From NCBI RefSeq assembly GCF_001194135.2, contig NC_068981.1, positions 179,129,950 to 179,190,823 of the forward strand: a DNA stretch of 60,874 nt. Direction: 5' to 3'. Made by a program: the position numbers and the translations under genes. This DNA comes from Octopus bimaculoides. Its lineage: Eukaryota. The notes under the pieces were generated by a model. That model did no database searches. It saw only the letters and a list, made by a program, of their open reading frames with translations, and was not told the DNA's origin. This document shows, one piece after another, positions 1-13,242 of this stretch. Numbering within the stretch: the first letter of the stretch is position 1; each line of letters begins with the position of its first letter.

Positions 1-360
1 CAGGGATTTTTTCGGTATAAGGGAGATAATCAAAAACGTTGGTAATGACTAGGTTTTATTAATTTAATATGATTTGGTTTAGAAAGAATAGAATTTTAGA
101 AGTGGTTAAGTTTTACTTTATATTTTTTTCCCAATGAGGTAAGTGTCCTTATTAAAAATTGCTAGAAATGCTTAAGGTTTGGATTATAGTTTTCAATGAG
201 GTAGGTTTCCTTATTTAATCTAACTTGTGTTGGTGTTCCAGTGGCACATTGATAAAATGGAAAGATTACAAATTGTGGTAGCAGTTGCTTTGCGCATTTC
301 TCAATGTGTTCACTAAAGGGTGTCATTCTGTATTCTGAGAATGCAATCCAAACTAAAATA
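1..360 (-). mobile_element. Inverted 3' end of a Penelope-like element (GIY-YIG endonuclease C-terminus plus 3' UTR)
   Basis: Minus ORF 162-368 ends HIEKC...RLNKETYLIENYNPNLKHF*, resembling a PLE endonuclease C-terminus. Bases 1-206 are the reverse complement of 1225-1429 at roughly 90% identity. Confidence 0.8.
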
Positions 361-1650
361 TACCACATACAGAAATGTTACACACATCACTAACCAAAAC
401 ACCAATAGACACCACCATTTCCCAGGACAAATCCCATACAACCTCACAGACAGCTCATGCAAACAAAATTACAAGCATTTTTTAGCCCCAGACCAGAGAC
501 ACCAGGACACAAGCTGGAACCTAGTGATCAGGAAGAACCGAAGATAATTAACCTCTCAAGTAAACCTTTTTCAAGCATAAAGATAGACATCCTCTCAAAA
601 GGGTTAAAATTCATCCCCAACACCACGCAGAGCCAACCAAAATGAAGTGAAGGACAGTATAATAGAATTCTGTAGAAAATTAAGACTCACAAAAGCGTTA
701 ACCAATTACAATACTGAAGATGATTCACTAGTCAAAAACAAAAGTGAGCACATCCCACACAAAGGAAGAAATAAATATCTTGATGAATTCTGCAACCACA
801 TTGAGAACTTTCCCTACTACATCATGCAGAAACTGACAGTTTACTCAAACTTTAGCTCTACACAATGGAAGGAACTAACAGAACTTCAAATTAATGAAGA
901 TATAACGATTAAGACAGCAGATAAAGGAAGTGCAGTTGTAATAATGGACACATTATACTATAGAAACCTAGTAATCTCCATGCTGAATGACAGTCAACAT
1001 TACGAAAAATCACAAACTACACCCCGCAGAAAATAATGAAAACCTGTCCTCACTAATTATAACCCATGGAAAAGAACTGAAAACCAAAGAAATTGACTTT
1101 TTAACAAACGTTAAATGCAAATCTAGCCTTTTCTGCGGTCTACCAAAAATCCACAAAAGCCAGATTATAAGTGAAACCATAAAAAAATCACCAAAGACGT
1201 GCATACATACATCAAACCCAGAGGACCTACTTCATTGAAAAATATAATCCAAAACTTAAACATTTCTAGCAATTTTAAATAAAGACACTTACCTCATTGG
1301 GAAAAAATATAAAGTAAAACTTAACCACTTCTAACATTCTATTTTTTCTAAACCAAATCATGTTTAATTAATAAAACCTAGTCATTCCCAACATTTTTGA
1401 TTATCTCCCTTAGACCGAAAAAATTCTTGATTACTTGTCTCTCTCTGGAACTCTCATACTTCACTTCATAGCAAAGAAATGACACAATATCGGAACAGAA
1501 ATTTGAGAAATTTGAAAAGAAAATACGAAACCGGTTATTTCTCCAAAAACCAACGTTAGTTTACACAAAAGTTTATAACATTTTTCTAACATAACGATTT
1601 AAGTATATTCTTTAACCACATAACACAAGTCTTCTGTAGCTTTTTCTCTC
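361..1650 (+). mobile_element. Internally deleted, frameshifted Penelope-like retroelement
   Basis: PLE RT N-terminal motifs IINLSSKPF..ILSKGLKFIP, ITIKTADKGSAVVIMD and FCGLPKIHK lie across ORFs 457-645, 647-1036 and 987-1238. The sequence then jumps to YFIEKYNPKLKHF* at about 1228-1269 and the 3' UTR. Outer boundaries are approximate. Confidence 0.85.
1505..1543 (+). ncRNA. Degenerate minimal type I hammerhead ribozyme motif in the PLE terminal region
   Basis: GAGAAAT/ATTTCTC 7-bp helix I, TTGAAAA (two transitions from CTGANGA), G-aaaata-C, then GAAA-CCGG-TT. Confidence 0.5.
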
Positions 1651-1908
1651 TATTTTGTCTTTTATACATCCNNNNNNNNNNNNNNNNNNNNNNNNNNNNN
1701 NNNNNNNNNNNNNNNNNNNNNNNNNNNNNNNNNNNNNNNNNNNNNNNNNNNNNNNNNNNNNNNNNNNNNNNNNNNNNNNNNNNNNNNNNNNNNNNNNNNN
1801 NNNNNNNNNNNNNNNNNNNNNNNNNNNNNNNNNNNNNNNNNNNNNNNNNNNNNNNNNNNNNNNNNNNNNNNNNNNNNNNNNNNNNNNATATATATATATA
1901 TATATATA

Positions 1909-1982
1909 CAGGGATGGCAATAAGTCGTTTTGTCCATTTGTAATAATGAAGAAATGGGTAAAGCGACTTATGGCCAGCTATG
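1909..1982 (+). mobile_element. 74-bp Tc1/mariner-type miniature inverted-repeat element in (TA)n
   Basis: CAGGGATGGCAATAAGTCGTTT versus AAAGCGACTTATGGCCAGCTATG form imperfect TIRs. An inner CCATTT/AAATGG stem is present and the context is (TA)n. Confidence 0.55.
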
Positions 1983-2187
1983 TTTATATACATGTATATA
2001 TATGAATATATATATGTATATATAGGTATATATATGTATATATTTGTGTATATATATATATGCATGTATATATGTATATATATATGTGTATATATATACA
2101 TATATATATATACATACATACATATATACATATGTGCATACATACAAACATACATACATACACACACACATACACACATATACACAT

Positions 2188-2266
<79 letters not shown>

Positions 2267-3246
2267 CATACATATGTATGTATGTGATCCACAGTCAGCA
2301 TAAACATACATGCTTCCAATATAAACATGGTTACCTAAATTTCCTTTAACAATGAAATATAACAGCTGCACATATTAATGAACGTGTCTTTTACAACACC
2401 TTCTCTAAGTAATGAACGCAATCGTGATAAATGGTTTTCAAAGTTGTTGCGAAAACTTGGCCACACAATCTTTGATTCACGACACAAATGTACGTTATTC
2501 TAAAAACCTGAATTCTGAAGTCCATGCTTAATTTGACGCCCTGATTAATCTCTACACCTGTTCTTAGATGCCTTCAGCGTATTTCGCTCTATTGTATGCA
2601 TAGCTGTAGCATCGTGAAAAACTTACCCCACTCTCTCTTGTTTCTCTCTTTCTTTTTCCTCCCTCATTCTATTCTCTCTCAATCTTTCTTCCATGTTTCC
2701 AAGAGACATAAATATACAGAAGTATAAAGACTACATCGAACCAATGGATCTAAAATGTCTTGGACTATGTCCTATTTTTCCGACGTATTAAAAAAATTCA
2801 AACAAATATAATGGTATTTAAAATCATTTAGAATTGAAGTATATTTTGGGAGTAGAATATTTTATTCAAGGCATGACTAATCTGATAATTATAATATAAA
2901 GTAAATGGCAAAATAGAACAAGCGTTAGAGCCTCAGCCAAAATACTTTACTGTCACTGGTCGACATCCCGAGTTCAAATTTCGCTAAGGCCAGCTTAATC
3001 TATTTAACTTTCTGTAACGATAAACAAAATGGCATTGCAGGACAGTGAACTGACGGAATCGGTTGAGTATCAGAATGAATGCAGTGTGGTATTAGTTTCC
3101 GCTGTTTGCATTCAGAGTTCAAATCCAGCTGTAGTCTACTTGTCTGGTAAAATTAATCGATCACCTAATTAAATCTAACTCTCAATTTTAACGCCCCCAC
3201 ATGGCGCTGGTGTGCTTTTACGCTGTCCACTTGGCTGCTTGCATTT

Positions 3247-3401
3247 TGTTGTGTCGACGCCCCCAGGTGAAGAAGTAGGATCTCCCAAGACATATAAATA
3301 GAGGTAGTCTGGCCGTGGTAGGGGTGTTGAGTAGCAGTCGAGTAGCAGCTGTGTAGCGGTTGAGTAGAGGTGCTAGATAGCAGTAGCGTTGAGACATAAC
3401 A
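3247..3401 (+). mobile_element. Solo LTR (155 bp)
   Basis: TGTTGTGTC...GACATAACA termini (TG..CA, 8/9 inverted match), perfect 5-bp TSD CATTT (3242-3246 and 3402-3406), internal TATAAATA. Confidence 0.8.
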
Positions 3402-3948
3402 CATTTAAAGAACATCTCTGATTTGAGGATACCATCCACCCTGTCTGCCTCATTTCACCAACCTTGGAGACCCAGCAGAGTTCTGAGCGCAAGGTTTTTC
3501 TCTCCTGAGAAAGCGAGAAAAAATTCTGTGTATATAATCTAAAAAATTCTGTATTATCTCTATATATTCCAATAGTGCGAGATTTGATTCCAAAATATTC
3601 ATGATTTATAATAATTTTTTCTGGTTCCAATTTTTCTGTATGTACATGTGGTGTATTTGCGTCTCAGCACACATATATACACATACACTCACATGCACAC
3701 GCACACATGGAGACGTATGCACATACACACACGCAAATACGTGCGCGCGCGCACACACACACACGCACACGCACACACACACACATACTCACACACACTC
3801 ACACAGAAACTCATATATGTATGTAGATTCCGTTATACATATTCGAAAGAATGTTTAATAACGCACAAATGTGTGTGCGTATGCGCGCGTGTGTGTATGT
3901 GTATGTGTGTGTGTGTATGTGTATGTGTGTGTGTGTGTNNNNNNNNNN

Positions 3949-3989
<41 letters not shown>

Positions 3990-4519
3990 AAACTTTGGTA
4001 GCTGCGAGTGTCTAATTGATAAATCAAAAGAAATGAAGACTTTATAGACGTTGATAAATTATGAAATTTGTCGATAATAACATTTATGGAAAATGAAAAT
4101 CAAAAGAAAAGATAGGTATGTATATATATCTATCTATCTATATATCTATATATATATATGTGTGTGTGTGTGTATGTGTGTGTGTATGCATGTATGTATG
4201 CATATTCATACGTATATACATAAATGCTTTTGTACAAGAATACTTACACAATACATACACATTGCAGACATGCACATGTATGTATGTATGCATATGTGTA
4301 TGGAACAGACGAAAGAAATGAGGAAAGATAATAATAGATAAAGCAAATAACGACACGACATCTTGGCAATATCTGCATTGATAACAACGTCAGTGACAAT
4401 AACTATAATAGCAGTAACCATTTTAACAATGAAAGCGCTGGAAAGAATAATTACAACAGTAATAAGCAGCAGCAGCAGCAGTAGTATTAGCAGCAACAGC
4501 AACAGCAACATTGGTGATT

Positions 4520-4558
<39 letters not shown>

Positions 4559-5619
4559 ACAATAACATGAAACAGACGGAAAAGCAATGTCATATAACAA
4601 TCAATATGTATTTTCAGGTTTGAAATGTGTAGTTTGTATGTGACATGTATTGTTTATGGAAGCGGAAAATCTTTGAGTGTTCATTTTTGCTAAGCTGAAA
4701 CAGCATCATAAATGATGACAATAATATTGAGAAGATATAAATGAAGAAGATTGTATAAAAATTAGGTAAATTATTAGAGGAGCGAAAGAAAAAGAGAGGT
4801 AGATAAACAGATAGTGAGAAAGGAGGAGAGATAGATAGAGAAGATAGATGAGGTGGTGAGAGAGCGAGAGAGGGAGTGATAAGAATGTTATTCTAAACAC
4901 ATCAAAAGAAAGCAATAGAAAAAAAAAGTTAATACTGAAATATTTCTAAGATGAAATCAAAACAAAAGTAGAAAAAGAATTGCAAATACATGCCAGAGGC
5001 TCAGAAATATTTCTAGTGTATGTCTTGGCATGTTGATGGTAGCAATGATACCACCTCCAACAATGGATTGACAAATAATTATCAAACGGATGAAAAGAAA
5101 TTGAAAGAAGAAACCCAGTAACAACAACGCATATGCAAAGAAAAAGAACAAGAAAACGTCTTCAGAGGCCAACAAATAGAACAATGCGTGAGAAGTTATA
5201 TACAAATTAAACTTGAAATTGGCGCAAATGAATCATAGTATGCTTTTATGATATAGATACGTATGCAGTTTTCTAAGAATATATCGCGAGATAAAAAAAA
5301 GTAAGTCATAAATAGTGACAAAAAAGACTTTCAAAAATAGAAAACAATTTTCTTTACACACGGCAAGCTTAAATTTGTTAGTAAAATCTCTGCAGTTTTT
5401 CTTTGGTTGTTATTGTGTTTGCTTTCAAACATTGAAATGCGTGCAAAATCAAAAGAAACCCGGGGAAAGAGTTAATAACAAAAAACTATTGAAGAGATTC
5501 TGTAAGTTTCCAGCAACTATCGGTCGCTTACATCTAATTAATAACTTCTTTTTGATATTTTCTCTAGCTACAGCCATTTCAGTTGTAGTAATGTAAATGG
5601 ACGGAAATACTCTTGCAAA

Positions 5620-5620
<1 letters not shown>

Positions 5621-5700
<80 letters not shown>
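5621..5700. repeat. (TCTA)n microsatellite
   Basis: Direct reading. Confidence 0.95.
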
Positions 5701-5701
<1 letters not shown>

Positions 5702-5844
5702 ATGTCTGTCTGTCTATTTTACAATTTGTACAAGTGTCTACATACGATATATTTTCAATCCGTAATTTTTTTCCTTTTCTTACCACATAAAGCAATATTG
5801 AACATAATTTAACTGTATAAGCAGACTCTTGTATATATGTATAT

Positions 5845-5847
5845 ATG

Positions 5848-5881
<34 letters not shown>

Positions 5882-5925
5882 TGTATGTATGTATGTATGT
5901 ATGTATGCATGTATGTATGTATGTA
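5845..5925. repeat. (TATG)n microsatellite
   Basis: Direct reading. Confidence 0.95.
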
Positions 5926-8900
5926 TATAAATAAAGCAATTTATAACAATATCTCCATAAAGCCATTTATGAAATATTGCTTACACAGAAAGCATGACAT
6001 GCTTTTACATTCCATGAAATATTTCATAGAGAAATGAAATTATACCAACTCGCAACATCACAGATACTTCCTTTGCTGATCAAGTAAAGTTACAGTCATA
6101 GTTTCACCCAATCGCATGTCAATGTTCTGTACATATTCAGCCACCATTGTCATGGCAAATATTCTTAAACGCTTTCATACCTAATCCAGTTAGACAGTTG
6201 TATATCAGGGGCGTCGCATTATTAAACTATAACTTGCATTTTATTGACGACTTCCGGGGATTCTGTCACCTTTATTTTGTTTTCTGGGTTCCTAACACTT
6301 AGATGCATAATAATGTGTTACGTGTTTCGACAATGTTATAATATCCTTTGTTTTAAAGAAAAGATCGATATCTTGGATATTTTCTCTTTTTCTGTACTCC
6401 CAGTAATTAATGAACGTCTACTTAGAAGTATCTCTATGTATCTTATTACTTAAATATTTCATCAGCTCTTTGCAGTAATTTAGTAAGAAGTTTTAGAGAT
6501 ATATCTCCATTTTCGCTTTGCAAGTGATTGTTCCTGTAATATTTGCGTGGTATCAGTACTAACATCTTCATGTATTTTATATTTACGACAGATCAAATAG
6601 AAAGAAGAAACGAGCCCGTAACAATTATGAACTTTTATAATTATGACTTCATAGATATGAGTCTGCTATTTATGACTTTAGACGTGAATAAGTATGCAAA
6701 TTTATGAGGTCTAGAAAATTGCGACTGAAATATTCCATGTTACTTTCAATAATTTCATATAGCCTTCCATATTAAAACTCACACAATAACTACTAACTAC
6801 ATGTCTGAGTTTTCAAAACAAAGCAGACGATAATTATTTTACAGTGTAACGGTTCAATAAAATATCGAATCATGGAAAATCGATCTTAGACTTTAATTAC
6901 AACGCGTTTGTTGATATTCTGTAAACGATGCAGTTGACGTCAATGTGGTGATATCCGGACTTCTTTCAGATTTACGCGTTCATTGTTTAAAGGGGTGATG
7001 CAACAGCTCAGAGTATAATTGAAATCTAATAACACCCCCTTACTTTCTCTCTCTTTACTTCCCTCTCTTCATCCTCCAACTCTTTCTCTCTTTCTTTTCT
7101 ACGCCCATTCACAGATTAAAATTCCTTACAATTACTAATAGGGAGAGTAACTTTTAACATTAGAATAAGGCTACGCATTTTGTAGGAATACAAAATCGAG
7201 TCAGTCCACGCCAACATTTCCCTTTTACACATTTAATCGATTGAAGAATGAAATAGCAAATTTGATTGTGTCATGATGTGAACTTAGAGCGTAAAAACAA
7301 GGATATATCTATTATTAGCTAGATGGGTGGTGACAATGGTGCTTATACGAGTATGTCTCCAAGATTAAGGAGTCATAGGAGAGAACAATGGAGAATTGAA
7401 TCAATTCTAAGTGTACTACTGATATTCATATTATCGCTGTCGGTGGGCTAATAGACCAAGTCAAATCTCATGAGATGTGATATCAAACTCAAAGAATGGC
7501 CAAACAAGTATTGTAAAGAAATTTAGTTGACGTTGTACTGATCACCACCTTATCATATATACATCATAAGTAGGCGACAGATTTTTAGGGAAGGAAGTAG
7601 ATGACAAGCGAGATATGAACCCAGACCATATAAGGGTTATAATGATGTAGCTAAAAAGATATAAACAAAAATTTCAAAATCAGACACTTTATTGCTGCAC
7701 CAAATTTACTAGTCTCAATGATGGACATAGGCATTAAGTGGTTAAAAAGTTCGCTTCGCAACCATCTAATACAGTTATTATTGCTTTCACTTTCGGCACC
7801 AAAAATGGGGCACAACCCTGGAATAGACCATTGGTTTTCAGGGATTATTAAAAACTTGCAAGTCCATATCCATCAAATTACATATAAAGTTTGGACACCT
7901 GCACTTGAAACCTATCCATAATGCACAAAGCAATTCTTAATGAGCACTCCGTAAATATCATTACCCCGTTTGTCACCATTACATAGTGATGGCCTATACA
8001 TTATAGTATGAATCTAATATTAATACTGTCACTATTTTCTGTCGCAGAATTATTTTCCTCTACATTTGTCTGTTTTATTTTGCTCGCTTTGCTCCTTGTG
8101 CGTTTTCTCCTTTTCTACACGCGCGTTTCTATATTTTGTTTTTACAAAATTTTGATCGGATGAGGTGAATTGATTTTCTATGCTGATGCTACCAGCATCG
8201 TAACAATTAGTTCTTATCGCTGCTTTAATTTAAGAACCCATGTTATACAAAAAAAGGCCTCTAAAATGCCATTTTATCTAAACAGGAGATACATTTTAAA
8301 AAACCATATATATAAAAATCTTTGTGGTATTGCTTGTCCATCAGTGTTGAGTTCTAAGCAGATTTTTCCTGTATGAAGAAAAACATGGCCGAGGTGTAGA
8401 TTCTACACCTCGGCCAAGGCTTTCTTCAGTTGCTCTTTTAAGGTTAGACTGAAAATCGCAGGGCGAAAGATATATCAATTTTTTCTCAGTTCATTTTTAG
8501 AAAACGTCCATAAGCAAGGAGTAACTCTCTTTTGATACATTCCACTGCCATTTCATTTATCAAGCTTGATCTTGTCTTAATTCAGAAATTTTTTCAGGTG
8601 GGGGCAGCAAAGAAAGAGAAACGTCCACAAACCCTCTCTCGAAGATAATCCCGCATGTTGCACAGAATATTTGTGTGTATATGTGCGTGCGCGCACGCAT
8701 GTGTGTCGTTGCTTTCTTTTACTTTGTGAATGAATCTTTATATGATTATTGTTAGAAATATCTGTCCCAAATTATAATTATTTTCTCTGTATTAGTCTCT
8801 TTGTTTGGTGTTGTAAGCCATTTTTGTGGTTTTCTTTCTCTACATTTGTGCATATAATTATTTGATTTGGGTAAGTCAAATTTGTTTACATAATTGCTAC

Positions 8901-10659
8901 AAAGCATTGTGGCGAGCAACTCTTTTCGCTACTCTAATACAAGAATCCATGTTGAAATATAAATAAGCGAAACAAGTCAAACATGATGTATTAAAAATGT
9001 CTTTTTTCCCAAAACAGGAACAAAATTTTGAAATAACATTTTAACCCCTTTTGTAAAAATTCAGACAATACGAGATAAAAAAATATCCAGATCATGGAGT
9101 AATGCGATATGTTTCTTAAACACACGCACTTCCCAAAATCACGCCATTTCAGCTCAGAGCGCCACAAGAGCAACAAAAACAGCGCAGCAACGACAGCAGT
9201 CTGCAACAACGAAAACAACACCATCCAAAACAACAACAGCAACAGTAACAACAAAAGTCCATATTCTAAAACTCAATATCACGTGTTCATTTTTCGTTAG
9301 TGGAAACTACTTACGTCACGAACCTTACAACAGAACGTTGAAGAACTGCACAAAATTTCAACTTAAAAAAATACAATACTTCAGAAATTCAATACTAACA
9401 TTAATAAATAATAAATTTGATAATAGTTTTAGTTTGAAAAAAAAAGTACAATGGTTATGTTTCTTTTTTGCCAATATAATACTAAACCTAGTACATATAT
9501 TTCATTGAGGTTCTTATTTAATAGATCGGTATATATGTGTTTTAAGGTAGAATTGTATATATACAAACATAAATGATTATACACAGTACTCATTCACATA
9601 TTCACAAATACACATACACCCATACACACACATAAATATACATATATGTACATACATGCACCTATATATATATATATACGTTGTATTGAAATAATAAATA
9701 CTACACTCAATTATAAATTTTATTCGAAATGATTTTCGTGAGATATTTAACCGTTACTGAACAATACTGGAACCATAGATTTCAATAAACAAGCTTAACA
9801 TTCAAAAAGAATATCGAACACATAATGAGAATGCAAAATTAGTCATTGTTACTATTTCTGTTCTTTAAATACTTACATTTTCAAGTACGTCTTTAATTGC
9901 TTTCATTCTGGAATACTCTCTTTCTTTCTAAACAAGCATATACGACGGGTGGGGGTGGGATGGGGATGAAAAGTTCCTAGAGGAGGATCAGTTAATTATA
10001 ATTTTATTCAACATATTCCCCTCTCAGATTCACACACCTATTGCAGCAGTCCTTCAGTTTTTCTAAACCCTGTAAAATAATTCAAAAGCCTTTCACGATA
10101 CCTTTAAAGCCACGAACTTTTCAGCACCCCTCGTATACTGAATGCGGATGTATACCTTTAAAATAACGCTACACACCAGCAACCTTAGTATTATTCAATA
10201 TTTTCTTCAAAATTGACCAATTTTGCATCTCCAATGTCCAAACCGTGATGTGTGCCAAAGAGAAAATCGCATAAAAGCTTACTGGGCAATGGATAACATC
10301 ATGTGTCAGTGACCTGTTTAATCCGTATTTCCGAGCGGTATTTCAGCTCCATATGGTTTTATTAGTATTATCCTTATTTATTCTTAAAGAAAAAATCCTG
10401 TTATTCAATAATGAAAGAATTTAAAGAAAGTATTAGTGATGAAATAATTTACATTGAAAATTATAACTTTGATATCTTTCTCTCAATAAAATCCCGCCCA
10501 CACACATGTACTTTCACTGGTAAATGCTCACACTTATATACATACTAATATATAGACGCGCATACACACGGGCATACAAACATAACCGAAGGTATAAACA
10601 TATTGATAAACATAACCCCACCACATATATACATACATATATCGATATATACGAAATCC

Positions 10660-10800
10660 TCGGATTTCGAAATAAATTGTATGTTACCCTTGTCCGATCG
10701 ATTCTAGAAATTTTTTACTGACATCAGTGCTATGAAGTCGAGCATAATCTTGATGAAAGAGAACACTTATGGCTTCATATGGCAGGACGTTTCTATCTAA
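10660..10800 (+). mobile_element. Highly decayed CR1/L2-group LINE ORF2 C-terminal fragment
   Basis: NKLYVTLVRSILE resembles the LYxxLVRxxLEY motif that follows the RT domain. Confidence 0.5.
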
Positions 10801-11558
10801 GGTAATCAATAGACTTCATATGCAACTGTTTCATTCGGCTTTCAAAGCCCCTTGATTAATTATTTCCATATGCCACCAAACACCTAACTAGTATTTCGTG
10901 GTTATGGGACATTCATTTCGTGAATGTGGGACATTCCTTTGGTATTAGTCACTTTCCGCGGCGCATAATATTGCTGTAAAGAATTCATTTTTCATCCCTA
11001 GTCTTAATCTGGTTTACAAGTGATGATTTGAAATTATATTAGTCGATTTAGAAATTTGCAGCTGAAAAGGGTATGAGGATCCCATTCTGTCCACTTTAAA
11101 ACTTTTCTCAATTTTACCTGATGATCATAAATGGTCATAATATTAACATTGGATTCAAGGGAAAGCTCCCACACTGGCAGAGCAAAACTATTTGCAAGTG
11201 TTACCAAGGATCATCAAGAAAACTGAAATTATCAAGTCTGAAGTTTTCAGAACTCCTTCTGCATTGTTTTTTTCATTTACTACATCTTTATCATAAAACT
11301 TTTGAATATTTTTTGGCTATAGCGCTTACATTGGAATTTTGATGAATTTTGATCATGTGCTAAATAAATCTCTTTGCTTGGCTCCGTTAGGAATTCTTCA
11401 TATAATAAATCAAAATATTAAAATATAGCTGTTGCTTTGGGGAAATCTCCATGAATTGTTTATGCTTCGGTGAACCCAACCATAATGCTATTATTCACAA
11501 TAAACAGGTTTCAACGGAATTGGATGAAGTTTCTATATAACTCTGTGTATATATATAT

Positions 11559-12295
11559 ATACGAAAGTCTCGTAGAAAATACAGAAAAACACAGCGATGT
11601 TGCACATCTGCAGCAGGAGTTGGACTCAATTTATAGATAGGCTGAGAATAATAATATGCAGTTTAATGCTGAAAATTTCCAAGCCCTGCGCTACCAGGTC
11701 CAAAACTGAATATGAAACTTACAGGGTACACTGGTCCTCAGGAAATTACAATCCCAGAGCTTAAATCAGTGAGGGACTTGGGTATCGACATGAGTGATGA
11801 TACTTCTTTCCAAGTGCACATCACCAGGATGGTGACAAAGTGCAGACGACTGGCTGGATGGATCCTGAGAACATTCAGAACCAGAGATAAGGAAACCATG
11901 ATGGTCCTCTGGAGGACATTCGTGCTCAGCCGCCCGGATTACTACTCCCAGCTATGGTCACCCAACAGTGTAAAATTAACAGCGGATCTTGAAGCAATCC
12001 AGCGAAGCTTCACAAGGAAGGTCGTCTCTTTGGAACTGCTCAGCTACTGGGAAAGGCTGAAACAGCTAAAACTCTACTCCCTGGAGCGAAGGCGGGAGAG
12101 ATATGCAGTAATATACATCTGGAATTTCCTGGAAGAAACTACCAAATTTTGGCACTGAAAGCTACACCAATGCCAGAACGAGTCGACATTGCACAGTGCC
12201 AAAGATCCCAGCAATGCCATCGCGCTTCATGACCAGTAATTGCATCAGGGTTTCAGGGGCCCACAGCTTTTTAATATTCTCCCAAAGAGCCTGAG
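11559..12295 (+). mobile_element. CR1-group LINE ORF2 3' fragment (pseudogene)
   Basis: LQQELDSIY..MQFNAENF, SVRDLGIDMSDDTSFQVHI, LWSP..LEAIQRSFT, SYWERLKQLKLYSLERRRER, GPQLFNILP. It begins at a (TA)n tract and runs into a gap. Confidence 0.9.
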
Positions 12296-12999
12296 NNNNN
12301 NNNNNNNNNNNNNNNNNNNNNNNNNNNNNNNNNNNNNNNNNNNNNNNNNNNNNNNNNNNNNNNNNNNNNNNNNNNNNNNNNNNNNNNNNNNNNNNNNNNN
12401 NNNNNNNNNNNNNNNNNNNNNNNNNNNNNNNNNNNNNNNNNNNNNNNNNNNNNNNNNNNNNNNNNNNNNNNNNNNNNNNNNNNNNNNNNNNNNNNNNNNN
12501 NNNNNNNNNNNNNNNNNNNNNNNNNNNNNNNNNNNNNNNNNNNNNNNNNNNNNNNNNNNNNNNNNNNNNNNNNNNNNNNNNNNNNNNNNNNNNNNNNNNN
12601 NNNNNNNNNNNNNNNNNNNNNNNNNNNNNNNNNNNNNNNNNNNNNNNNNNNNNNNNNNNNNNNNNNNNNNNNNNNNNNNNNNNNNNNNNNNNNNNNNNNN
12701 NNNNNNNNNNNNNNNNNNNNNNNNNNNNNNNNNNNNNNNNNNNNNNNNNNNNNNNNNNNNNNNNNNNNNNNNNNNNNNNNNNNNNNNNNNNNNNNNNNNN
12801 NNNNNNNNNNNNNNNNNNNNNNNNNNNNNNNNNNNNNNNNNNNNNNNNNNNNNNNNNNNNNNNNNNNNNNNNNNNNNNNNNNNNNNNNNNNNNNNNNNNN
12901 NNNNNNNNNNNNNNNNNNNNNNNNNNNNNNNNNNNNNNNNNNNNNNNNNNNNNNNNNNNNNNNNNNNNNNNNNNNNNNNNNNNNNNNNNNNTATATATA

Positions 13000-13242
13000 G
13001 GGGCAGACGTAGATGTGTGGGAAGAAGCTTGCTTCCCAACCACATGGTTTCGGGTTCAGTCCCACTGCGTGGCACCTTGGGCTGGTGTCTTCTACTGTAG
13101 CCACGGGCCGACTAAAGCCTTGTGAGTGGATTTGGTAGGCAGAAACTGAAAGAAACCCATCGTGTGTGCGTGTGTGCGTGTGTGTGTGTGTGACTGTGTT
13201 CGTCCCCCATTATCGCTTGACAACCGATGATGATGTTTATGT
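13000..13242 (+). mobile_element. SINE family A (tRNA-like head, CORE-like body, internal microsatellite), 3'-truncated
   Basis: Matches the fuller copy at 57797-58230 (GGTTCAGTCCCACTGCGTGGCACCTTGGG...GGATTTGGTAG..GAAACTGAAAGAA). Confidence 0.9.

Noticed and set aside
7240-8000. Faint RTE/RT-like peptide hints
   Set aside because: The motifs are too decayed and point to opposite strands.
8598-8876. Possible non-coding exon (TTTTCAG acceptor, GG|GTAAGT donor), and a minus-strand micro-exon near 9315-9360
   Set aside because: Only splice-like motifs are present, which are expected by chance; there is no coding or other support.
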